A DNA stretch of 64,000 nucleotides from Escherichia phage vB_EcoP-ZQ2: the sequence record NC_070874.1, one strand, 5' to 3'. The notes under the pieces are model-generated. The model was not told the origin of the DNA, made no database searches, and saw only the letters and a list, made by a program, of their open reading frames with translations. The stretch's first letter is position 1. Each line of letters starts with the position of its first letter. This document shows, one piece after another, positions 54,301-62,438 of the stretch. The position numbers and the translations under genes are program-made.

Positions 54301-54457
54301 CGGTGGGGTCCAGTGTTACTGACACATGCAGTATATTGGTCATTTGAGTTAGCATTTGAGCAGCATTGAAATCATCCTGAACACAAGCGTATACAATGTC
54401 ACCCTTCTCACCTTCACACATTACAGGTGTGTCTTTGATACGGTATTTAGCAGGCAT
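54239..54457 (-). CDS. hypothetical protein
   Basis: 72-aa ORF. Confidence 0.35.
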   Translation of the reverse strand: MPAKYRIKDTPVMCEGEKGDIVYACVQDDFNAAQMLTQMTNILHVSVTLDPTGDYPCFPIPAHNLEQIHDQS

Positions 54458-54466
54458 ATTGTTTCC

Positions 54467-54721
54467 TTATTTTTTACTAATAATGGGGTTTTTGTAATTC
54501 CAGGCTTTACTAAGTTTTTCCAATTTAAACCCTGAATACCCATATTCTTTAGACAGAATCTCTTCAGCAGTATCCATTGCATTAATCTTGCTTAAACGCC
54601 CATCTATACAGATGTTTTTAAAACTGCCTGTGGATTCTCTGTATATTCCATTGGAATCTTTCTCCAACATGGTTGCATACCAACTTGCCATAAGTCCTCC
54701 TGGGACAGTTATTGAAACCAA
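54467..54721 (-). CDS. hypothetical protein
   Basis: 84-aa ORF starting right after a minus-strand terminator. Confidence 0.4.
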   Translation of the reverse strand: MVSITVPGGLMASWYATMLEKDSNGIYRESTGSFKNICIDGRLSKINAMDTAEEILSKEYGYSGFKLEKLSKAWNYKNPIISKK

Positions 54722-54745
54722 AAAAAGACCTCCCGGAGGAGGTCT
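54718..54745 (-). terminator. rho-independent terminator (minus strand)
   Basis: minus strand AGACCTCC-TCCG-GGAGGTCT followed by TTTTTTT. Confidence 0.65.
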
Positions 54746-54750
54746 TAGGT

Positions 54751-54987
54751 TTACTTACTATTCTCTTCAATGAAGCGTCTCATACGTTCCTTTGCTTCAT
54801 CATGTTCCTTAATGGCTACATAGTCCCGTGCATAATAATATACACACCATAGGCCAATAGCACATGCAGAGAAGCGAGCCACTACGAAGAACATCTCTTC
54901 CAGGCTCTGAGCATTGTGTAATGAAAATACAAATTCCAGGACCAGGATTATATTTATAATCATTGCCTGGATAGCTAGTTTTTTCAT
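54751..54987 (-). CDS. small membrane protein
   Basis: 78 aa with two hydrophobic helices. Confidence 0.4.
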   Translation of the reverse strand: MKKLAIQAMIINIILVLEFVFSLHNAQSLEEMFFVVARFSACAIGLWCVYYYARDYVAIKEHDEAKERMRRFIEENSK

Positions 54988-55928
54988 TCAGTAATAGTCT
55001 CACCAGGGATTAACTTACGGAATTGGATAAAGTGAAGCAGGTTACCTGAGTACAGATTCCCTTCTTTATCCATGGATGTAACACCTTGTTCCCATGTAAC
55101 TGGGTTCATGTTATTCACGTACTTCTCACTAAGGTTCATAGGCGTAGCCTGATGTTCCGTTGGGGAAGCATGAATAGGTTGGTTTTCTACTAACTTAGCA
55201 AATAAGCCAAGGTCTTCTTCGATAGTAGATGGGAGTCCTTCAAAATTGTTATAAGAAGCACGAGCACAGCGTGCAGCACTTACTTTAAGAAGTAGGCCAT
55301 GTACTTCTGCATCACTTGGTTCATCGCGTGCAACTCGATTACGTTTGCAGAAATTGTAAGCCCCAACACGGTCAATATGAGCAATGTACGGCAGATGCCA
55401 TTGTCCATATGGTAATGCTCTTGGTGTACTTTCTTCATGTGCCTTACGCATTGCTTGAGCCAGTTCACGAATCTCTGGTTGTGCATCTTTGTGGTCACGC
55501 AGTCCATAGAAGTTAGCCCAGCTAGTTGAAGTTACCACTACACGGATATGTGTGAAGGGTTCCAGAATACGGTTAACAATCTGCTTATGTACTTGCCCAC
55601 GACGCAACATTTCTGCATATGTAGCAACACTGGATGCAGCCTGTTCCCAGATAAAAATTGCATCACTGCGTTGGTCTTCAGATAATTCTTCAAATGCCTG
55701 CATACCTTTCTGGTTCTTGCCCCAGTGACTTGGCATCACTGGTTCATTACGAACCTGTTCAATCAACTTAGATGTAGGAATAGCACGGCTACTTGAAGCA
55801 TTACGGTTGAATACACGGTGAGTCATAAACTCACTGTGAATGAATCGGGGATAAACCAATTCAAAGGTTGTGATACGGGTTCCTGTTTCTGGATGAACGG
55901 AATCCGCAATTACTGATGCCTTAATCAT
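54984..55928 (-). CDS. flavin-dependent thymidylate synthase-like protein (ThyX-like)
   Basis: ...SEFMTHRVFNRNASSSRAIP... resembles the ThyX RHR-x7-S signature with T replacing the first R. Confidence 0.5.
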   Translation of the reverse strand: MIKASVIADSVHPETGTRITTFELVYPRFIHSEFMTHRVFNRNASSSRAIPTSKLIEQVRNEPVMPSHWGKNQKGMQAFEELSEDQRSDAIFIWEQAASSVATYAEMLRRGQVHKQIVNRILEPFTHIRVVVTSTSWANFYGLRDHKDAQPEIRELAQAMRKAHEESTPRALPYGQWHLPYIAHIDRVGAYNFCKRNRVARDEPSDAEVHGLLLKVSAARCARASYNNFEGLPSTIEEDLGLFAKLVENQPIHASPTEHQATPMNLSEKYVNNMNPVTWEQGVTSMDKEGNLYSGNLLHFIQFRKLIPGETITE

Positions 55929-56371
55929 TAGAATGACCTTAGATAGTTGGTGATACCACTTCTTGTCTCTGTGATCCTCTTAACCTGAACATATACCAGC
56001 TTAAATTCACTACGAGGTAGTTCTTGTAATACTGCTACACCTTCAGTAAGAGCCACAGAACACGCTACAGCGGTTTCTTCTTTAAAGGAGTACAAGTCTT
56101 CATACATGAGGGCTTCATACTCCTTACGGAGCATACAGAGAGCATGTCTTGCCTTATCACTTACTTCTCGTGAACCAGCAGACATAGCTAAGCTGTATAT
56201 GACAAAGACTTGTTCAAAAACAAAGTCTAGTAATCTATCAGGATTGTTAGTCCCCATAAATAATTTTGATGTGTATGAACGAGCTTTACGGTTGAGTTCA
56301 TACTCATCTTCTATGCCTTTATTATAAAGAATGGGATTTCGTTCCCTTTTTCTTAGGAATGGGATACGCAT
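55928..56371 (-). CDS. hypothetical protein
   Basis: 147-aa ORF, start/stop coupled. Confidence 0.4.
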   Translation of the reverse strand: MRIPFLRKRERNPILYNKGIEDEYELNRKARSYTSKLFMGTNNPDRLLDFVFEQVFVIYSLAMSAGSREVSDKARHALCMLRKEYEALMYEDLYSFKEETAVACSVALTEGVAVLQELPRSEFKLVYVQVKRITETRSGITNYLRSF

Positions 56372-56769
56372 TAGTATTTACTACCTCTTCTATACCAGGG
56401 GTAGTGGTGAGTAGTACTCTTACCTTTGAACACATCCTTAGTATGAGGATTCTTTTGTATTTGAGTCAGATAAAGTTGCATATCATCCCCGTATGGGTTA
56501 AGCCAGAACTTATCTATGATTCGGTCTACCTTAGATTTCAAATGTGGTTCTGGAGGAATGTAGGTTTCAACGAATACCTGTCTACCTGTCCAACCATTAG
56601 CTAATGTTTGTTTCATCTTGGAGAGCATATTCTCCAGATTCTTTAATTCAACTTTAGAAACAGTAACATCTATTGAGTCATGAATGCCTGCGTGTGCAAT
56701 TAGCCTTTCTTCCAGCTTACTAAAGTCCATATCATGTAGGACTGATTTACCTCGTCTATTTTGAAACAT
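56371..56769 (-). CDS. hypothetical protein
   Basis: 132-aa ORF. Confidence 0.4.
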   Translation of the reverse strand: MFQNRRGKSVLHDMDFSKLEERLIAHAGIHDSIDVTVSKVELKNLENMLSKMKQTLANGWTGRQVFVETYIPPEPHLKSKVDRIIDKFWLNPYGDDMQLYLTQIQKNPHTKDVFKGKSTTHHYPWYRRGSKY

Positions 56770-56782
56770 AACAGTACCTGTA

Positions 56783-56811
56783 ATTAAAAAAGCCCACGGG
56801 TTAGGTGGGCT
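56783..56811 (-). terminator. rho-independent terminator (minus strand)
   Basis: minus strand GCCCAC-CTAACCC-GTGGGCT followed by TTTTTTAATT. Confidence 0.55.
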
Positions 56812-56886
56812 TGGGTTAGGAGATGGATAAGCAATGAGCTGGAAGTAACTTCCACAAGCATCACTATGTAATGATGCTTAGGTTAG

Positions 56887-57183
56887 TTACTCTGCTTTAC
56901 TGCTCGTGTGAGACACGTTGTATTGGTTACCACTGCCAACGTTAACGATTGTAGTCTGTGATTGCCCTTTATTAGACAGTGACCAAATCAGTGCTACTGC
57001 CCAAAATACTAGTGACCAGCCCAATACGATATTAAGCACACCAATACCCCATTTAGAGGCATGTCCTCGTGCAAAAGCAATGATAGTAGGGATAAGGTAT
57101 ACAGCTAATATGAATAACAGTACAAGGATTGCTGCTAAAGATTCCATGATGGTTCCTATGTGGGGTTGAGTTAGTTTCTTCAC
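56887..57183 (-). CDS. superinfection immunity protein (Imm-like membrane protein)
   Basis: 98 aa; ...YLIPTIIAFARGHASKWGIGVLNIVLGWSLVFWAVALIWSL... matches the Imm-family pattern. Confidence 0.65.
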   Translation of the reverse strand: MKKLTQPHIGTIMESLAAILVLLFILAVYLIPTIIAFARGHASKWGIGVLNIVLGWSLVFWAVALIWSLSNKGQSQTTIVNVGSGNQYNVSHTSSKAE

Positions 57184-57220
57184 AAATAGCCCAACAATGC
57201 TGGGCTATTTAGGCAGCTAC

Positions 57221-57430
57221 TTACTCAGAGTCTTTGCTTGCAGGAGCAAGAGCTTTCTTCAGGTAATTACGTACCGAACGATAGGTTTCTTTGGTTTCTA
57301 TATAGTTATTATCTACAAATATGACGCGTGCATGGTCAGACTGTGGAATCTGTTCTACTGCAATTACATTTGTAGCATTAATGGTTAAGCGTACATCTGA
57401 GGTTGCATGAGTTACTTGAAATACTGACAT
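57221..57430 (-). CDS. hypothetical protein
   Basis: 69-aa ORF. Confidence 0.35.
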   Translation of the reverse strand: MSVFQVTHATSDVRLTINATNVIAVEQIPQSDHARVIFVDNNYIETKETYRSVRNYLKKALAPASKDSE

Positions 57431-57439
57431 GAGTTTTCC

Positions 57440-57946
57440 TTATTTACTGCTTCTTGCAGCTACTGGTTTGTTTTCCTGGTTCTGATACTTGCCATTGTAA
57501 TTAGCAGGTTCTTGAACCAGATGAAATAATACTTGAGCTATCCCAGCACCAGCCGGGATATGTAATTTCTTACGACCATGATAGACCAGTTCAAGAGTCA
57601 AATACCCTTTCCATCCTGGTTCTATTACGGTATTGAATACTGATAATGCACGCCTTGCCCATGTAGACTTGTCGTGAACGATAGCTACACAGGAAGGGGA
57701 CATGTTAAACTTCTCAATTGCTGAAGCCAATGTGAACTTACCGAGATGTCGTGATACTTGATTTCCATCAACGACCTTCACCATTGGAATCAACCCAAAT
57801 AAGCGATAGAAGGTAATATCTTGTTTGATGCGAATATCATAACCAGCTTCACCCAATCCATAGCTTACACCATGCTCGGATATCTTACGGTCTGGGACAT
57901 CCAACAACTGAGATGAACGATATAGAGAATTACCATTAACAACCAT
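57440..57946 (-). CDS. dCTP deaminase (dUTPase-fold)
   Basis: GYDIR, EPGWKGYLTLEL and AGIAQVLF motifs characteristic of the dCTP deaminase/dUTPase family. Confidence 0.7.
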   Translation of the reverse strand: MVVNGNSLYRSSQLLDVPDRKISEHGVSYGLGEAGYDIRIKQDITFYRLFGLIPMVKVVDGNQVSRHLGKFTLASAIEKFNMSPSCVAIVHDKSTWARRALSVFNTVIEPGWKGYLTLELVYHGRKKLHIPAGAGIAQVLFHLVQEPANYNGKYQNQENKPVAARSSK

Positions 57947-59154
57947 TATTTCATTCCTTTAGGGATATGAACTACCTCCCCAAAAGGTACGGTAGCATTG
58001 GGATTATTCAGAACACACCAGATGATAGGGATATCAAATGGCAATTCTTCCATTGGACGAACATACATATCGGAGAATATGATTGCAGCGGTTGGCTTAT
58101 TCTTAATAATCCAATCGCGTACTGGTTCAAGGTTTGTACCACCACGACCGGTAATCTTAATCTCTTCGAATGTATCTTCTTCAGTGATGTCTATCTCTTC
58201 CTGGATAATATCGTCGAAGGTAATTAGGGACATCTTCTTAGGATTGAACTGGCTCTTAACATAGGCAACCTCTGAGTTAAAACGTAGAGAGTCAGCACTA
58301 CTAATAGAACCAGATACATCCTCAAAGTAGGCTAAGTGACGTAGACGTCCTTCATCATCTTCCAGTGAAGGTAGATAGATGTCAGTGTAACGACGGTTAG
58401 GTCTGGCCCACGTATAGTGAGTGTCATCAATGTCGGTAAAGAAGTTCATCAGAACTTCCTGCCATGGAACCACTGGTTTAAGGAATTGGGTAATAACCTC
58501 TTCCATACGACCAGCACCCTTACCAGGCATCTGTCCACCAGCCATCTTCTGGCTCTGCATTGCACGTACTACGTTGTTGACGACAGCACCCTGGGACTGC
58601 CCCGAAGTGGGGGATTTCATGTCGCCAGCAAGACCTGCTCCAGCACCCCCCGATGGCTTCTGCCTTTTCTGAGGGTTCTTCATCAGGTCATCGTAGATGT
58701 CTTCTTCGACCCATCCTTTATATTGAGGGTCTTTACAAATACCTTCATTGATACCAGTGAACTTGTAACCATCTTCCTCTAGCTGAAGGTTAATAAAGTG
58801 GTCACATGCCTGGTTCCAGACTTCCGGGTCACGGCTACCACGACGGATGTCGTGTAGATATGCCACATGCCATAGTTCGTGCATTAATACTGTTTCTCTT
58901 GCATCTGGACACATCCAGATAAAGAAGTCTGGGTTGAAGTGAAGTTCTACCCCATCAGTACATGCAGTGGGACAATCCTCACGTTTCCATGAGAATTTAA
59001 GACTACACAGTAATGAACCAAAGAACGCAGCAGACTTGCCTAGGAAAGCCTGAGCCTGAATACGGTCATACTCACGCATGAGTTGTTCATCACTAAGTGT
59101 GTGCTGAGGAAATTGGTTCATATTGTGATTATCCATGAATGTAACGAGAGACAT
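57946..59154 (-). CDS. vWA-domain protein with N-terminal HExxH metallopeptidase-like motif
   Basis: HELWH motif; MIDAS-like DVSGSIS; 402 aa; coupled to AAA ATPase gene. Confidence 0.65.
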   Translation of the reverse strand: MSLVTFMDNHNMNQFPQHTLSDEQLMREYDRIQAQAFLGKSAAFFGSLLCSLKFSWKREDCPTACTDGVELHFNPDFFIWMCPDARETVLMHELWHVAYLHDIRRGSRDPEVWNQACDHFINLQLEEDGYKFTGINEGICKDPQYKGWVEEDIYDDLMKNPQKRQKPSGGAGAGLAGDMKSPTSGQSQGAVVNNVVRAMQSQKMAGGQMPGKGAGRMEEVITQFLKPVVPWQEVLMNFFTDIDDTHYTWARPNRRYTDIYLPSLEDDEGRLRHLAYFEDVSGSISSADSLRFNSEVAYVKSQFNPKKMSLITFDDIIQEEIDITEEDTFEEIKITGRGGTNLEPVRDWIIKNKPTAAIIFSDMYVRPMEELPFDIPIIWCVLNNPNATVPFGEVVHIPKGMK

Positions 59155-60181
59155 TAGCAGCAGCCTTACGCCACTCAGGAGTAGCCTGAATTTCTGGTAA
59201 TGCTCTGCCTACTGTGCGGAAGTACAGAATCTTATGGGTGAACGTTTTAAAGCGTTCAATGTACTGAAGAACATCAACAAAGTTCTCTTCAGTAGTTTTG
59301 TTAGCCAGGTGGTTAACGGTAGCCCAGCACAGGTTGTTATCTTCCGGTAGTGCACAGCCCAGTGGGTCTTTGACTACCTTCTCAATCGTAATGATACGAT
59401 TATATACCTGGGTAAACTGAATAAATTCTGTAGCTTTACCAGCAGTAACGTGACCTGCATAGTAGATAGAATCTTCATCAGGCAGAGCACCTTCCGGCTG
59501 GTTCTTGAGGTCTTTATTAACAAAGTCCCAGGTACGAGGGCAACAGAACGTTTTGTTCTTATGAGCTGGGTCGAAGTCATGCAGATAGCCTGGATTAGCA
59601 TGTAAGAATGCAACCAGACGTTCATCCCAATGTTGAGGAATCATTACGTCTTCAACAAAGATGTCGAAGTTAAGTTCCATTTCAAAGTGAACCACACGAG
59701 ACTGCATTGCAGTACCTAATGGGTTAACAATGGCACGGTCAGTAGCTTTGTTACCAGCACAAACAATCATCACATTAGGATGAAGTTTTTTCTGTCCAGT
59801 CATACGATCCAGAATCAGTTTGTATGCAGCAGCTACTACTTCTTTCTTAGCGGAGTTGAATTCGTCAAGGAATAAAATCCACCCGTTATATCCTTCTGGT
59901 ACTTCATCTCCCTCAATAGGGAATAAGTCAGCGAATGGAATAAACTCTGCACGGTCACCATTACGAAATGGTAAGCCAGAAAGGTCTTCCGGGGCAGAAG
60001 TAGACAGACGATGGTCTATCAGCTTCATACCAAATTCTTCTGCAATAGAACGAATGATTGCAGACTTACCCATGCCAGGTGATGAAGTCAGGAACGGTAC
60101 GTTACCTGCTTTCAGGGCACGGACAATAAAGTTACGAGCTTGACGTGAATTACATACGGTCAAGGAGTCGATGCTTGCCAT
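59129..60181 (-). CDS. MoxR-type AAA+ ATPase
   Basis: Walker A SPGMGKSAI, Walker B ILFLDEFN, 350 aa. Confidence 0.7.
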   Translation of the reverse strand: MASIDSLTVCNSRQARNFIVRALKAGNVPFLTSSPGMGKSAIIRSIAEEFGMKLIDHRLSTSAPEDLSGLPFRNGDRAEFIPFADLFPIEGDEVPEGYNGWILFLDEFNSAKKEVVAAAYKLILDRMTGQKKLHPNVMIVCAGNKATDRAIVNPLGTAMQSRVVHFEMELNFDIFVEDVMIPQHWDERLVAFLHANPGYLHDFDPAHKNKTFCCPRTWDFVNKDLKNQPEGALPDEDSIYYAGHVTAGKATEFIQFTQVYNRIITIEKVVKDPLGCALPEDNNLCWATVNHLANKTTEENFVDVLQYIERFKTFTHKILYFRTVGRALPEIQATPEWRKAAANVSRYIHG

Positions 60182-60215
60182 TTACTTACTCTCCTAAAGC
60201 TAATGGAATTGCTAA

Positions 60216-60545
60216 TTAAGATTTAGTGCAGGGGTACGCCTTGTGTACTGAGTACACAACAATTTGGGATGTATTCTTCAATTTGAGGATTGCAGAATCA
60301 TAAATAACTACTTTGGCAATCTTAGGCAGAATGACTGAATATTTAATACCTTCAGGAACACAGTTATCTGTGCTCTCGATGTAAGAGATCATACTGCCCA
60401 TGAAGAATCCTTGTCCGAATGCATCACGAGTGTCATCCAGGTAAGCCTGAGCACCTTCCAGAATTGGTTCTGGTTCAATTGCTTGTGCATTTGGAACCAA
60501 AGCTATCAGTGCAGCTACTGCAATACCTTTAAGTAAAGTTTTCAT
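60216..60545 (-). CDS. secreted/periplasmic protein with signal peptide
   Basis: N-terminal MKTLLKGIAVAALIALVPNAQA. Confidence 0.45.
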   Translation of the reverse strand: MKTLLKGIAVAALIALVPNAQAIEPEPILEGAQAYLDDTRDAFGQGFFMGSMISYIESTDNCVPEGIKYSVILPKIAKVVIYDSAILKLKNTSQIVVYSVHKAYPCTKS

Positions 60546-60731
60546 TTAGTTACCTTTCATTTCATTGAGTTGAAGTACACCGATAGTGGTTAATGACCAC
60601 CCAAGACCAGCATTGAACTGTACTAAGCCCAGCTTCTTAAGAGACTGTGCGGTTTTGTTATTACGGTTGCTGGTGGCAGAGCCACCTTGAACCATACGAA
60701 GGAAGATTGCTTGGGACTGAGTTAATTTCAA
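60546..60731 (-). CDS. hypothetical protein
   Basis: 61-aa ORF. Confidence 0.3.
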   Translation of the reverse strand: MKLTQSQAIFLRMVQGGSATSNRNNKTAQSLKKLGLVQFNAGLGWSLTTIGVLQLNEMKGN

Positions 60732-60937
60732 AGGTAATATCCTTCCAGGTTTATTGGTGTTACAAATGTATTTGCTGATAGATAGAATGATTTTCCAGTC
60801 TCTACAGCAACAGCAGCAGGTTTTCCTTCAGGTAAGTGAATCTTTAAACACACTGTCTGGTTATAAATAAAACCATTAGCAGGCTCCACGTCACCGAAAG
60901 TTACCTCATTGTTTTCAGAACGATTTGTTACTTTCAT
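60728..60937 (-). CDS. hypothetical protein
   Basis: 69-aa ORF. Confidence 0.3.
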   Translation of the reverse strand: MKVTNRSENNEVTFGDVEPANGFIYNQTVCLKIHLPEGKPAAVAVETGKSFYLSANTFVTPINLEGYYL

Positions 60938-61122
60938 TTCTTCTCCGGTACGAACTGCATTACACAGTTTTGATCACGAGGGATATTCAATTCACATTCA
61001 TACTTGAGGGTTTGTGTTACAGAATTTGGAGTAGAACCAAAGTAGGTATTAGAAATAGCTACAAATCCTGCACCTATCAAACCACCTAGTAAGAATGAGA
61101 AGAATGCAATCTCTTTATACAT
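60934..61122 (-). CDS. small membrane protein
   Basis: 62 aa, hydrophobic N-terminal helix. Confidence 0.35.
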   Translation of the reverse strand: MYKEIAFFSFLLGGLIGAGFVAISNTYFGSTPNSVTQTLKYECELNIPRDQNCVMQFVPEKK

Positions 61123-61146
61123 TTCCTGGCTCCAGGATGTTTAAGT

Positions 61147-61177
61147 CAAAAAAAGACCTCCCTTCTATAGGGAGGTC
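61147..61177 (-). terminator. rho-independent terminator (minus strand) after Ig-like protein gene
   Basis: minus strand GACCTCCC-TATAGAA-GGGAGGTC followed by TTTTTTT. Confidence 0.65.
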
Positions 61178-61227
61178 AAACTTGGGAGTTTTATTTCAGG
61201 GTTTATAACCCCAAACAAAGGATACCC

Positions 61228-62060
61228 TTATTCTGCAACAGTAATGGCGATGGTTACATCGACCGTACCGTTGGTAACTACTACAGAAGTAGCATCACCA
61301 GCAGCCACTGGTTTAACCGTCAGTACGTTACCAGCAATGGTAGCTGTAGCACGGGCAGAATCTGGAGCAGTCTTGATAGACAAAGCACCAGAAGAAGAAC
61401 CAACAGGCATAGCAACAATTGTTACGTTCTTACCAGCAACAGCATCGGCAGCAACAGACAGGGCCAGTGAAGCAGGAGTAGCTACAAGTGAGCTTGCTTC
61501 ATAATAGCCTACAGCCAGCAACGACTCATCTTCTACAGTGGTTCCATTAGCATCAGTAACAATCACTTTATAAGTACCAGCAGAAGCAGCTGTTACGTCG
61601 TTAAGTGTCAGTGTTGCAGTAGCAGCGGATTCGTTCTCACCTGAATCAATATCAGCGAATACTGCACCAGCGGTATTAGCTTTGAATTGCCATTTATAAG
61701 TAAATGGTGCTTTACCACCTGCTACATCAACATGCCAGTTAATATCTTCACCTTCGATAGCAGAGACTACACGAGGCAGTTTGGTAGCAATAGTCAGTCG
61801 TGGAGTAGCTTTCATATCAATAGAGATAGACTGCATATCCACAATGTTATTAGGCCAGAAGCCTTCTTCAGAAGGGTTTTTAGCAGAACGTTTATACAGC
61901 AGATCTCGAACACCATGGAAGATAACTAAGCTATCTGGATAAGTGGCATCGGGGTGTACAAAAGTACCCACTTCTACGGAACCACCTGGGATAGAACCAC
62001 CGGCATCCAGTACAGTTGCAACATTAGTGGTTTTGTTAAAACCTACTTTCAAAGTTGGCA
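61228..62060 (-). CDS. Ig-like domain protein, candidate capsid decoration protein (N4 gp17-like position)
   Basis: Ig/Big_2-like pattern ...FTYKWQF...AGTYKVIVTDANG...; start set to MPTLKV with upstream GGGGA; flanked by strong terminators. Confidence 0.45.
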
Positions 62061-62135
62061 TATCAATTTCCCCATAAGTAAATAGCAGGATTAGTATACA
62101 TGATGAATAAAAATAAAAACCCCCCAAAAGGAGGG

Positions 62136-62318
62136 TTAGTTGTTTACACAGTAGATAGCGAAAGCTATCCATCCTGCCATTACAAAGCAGCCTAATGAAT
62201 ATGCTCCATAGTAGTAATAAGCAAACTTAGACTTGTGGGCATGAACTATTGTAGACAGAACCAGTACAGATAAAACTATCAGTATTAGCTGAAAGATTAC
62301 TTCAAAAGGGATTAGCAT
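62136..62318 (-). CDS. small membrane protein
   Basis: hydrophobic 60-aa product from the ATG that has a GGAGGT Shine-Dalgarno (ORF track start 62351 lies inside the terminator hairpin). Confidence 0.4.
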   Translation of the reverse strand: MLIPFEVIFQLILIVLSVLVLSTIVHAHKSKFAYYYYGAYSLGCFVMAGWIAFAIYCVNN

Positions 62319-62334
62319 AGTTGTTACCTCCAAG

Positions 62335-62370
62335 CAAAAAATAAGCCTCACTCCCGAAGGAATGAGGCTA
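62335..62370 (-). terminator. rho-independent terminator (minus strand) after the RNA polymerase 3' exon
   Basis: minus strand AGCCTCATTCC-TTCG-GGAGTGAGGCT followed by TATTTTTT. Confidence 0.6.
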
Positions 62371-62375
62371 GTTTA

Positions 62376-62438
62376 TTAACTCAACGCATAGTCTGTTTCA
62401 AGAATGTCCTGCCAGAGGCTGTCATCCAGCTTACCAGC
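62376..62438 (-). CDS. putative 3' exon of split T7-like RNA polymerase (N4 RNAP II large subunit-like) gene; boundary approximate
   Basis: encodes ...AGKLDDSLWQDILETDYALS-stop, matching the T7 RNAP C-terminus ...LPAKGNLNLRDILESDFAFA as recalled from memory. Confidence 0.45.
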   Translation of the reverse strand, partial: AGKLDDSLWQDILETDYALS

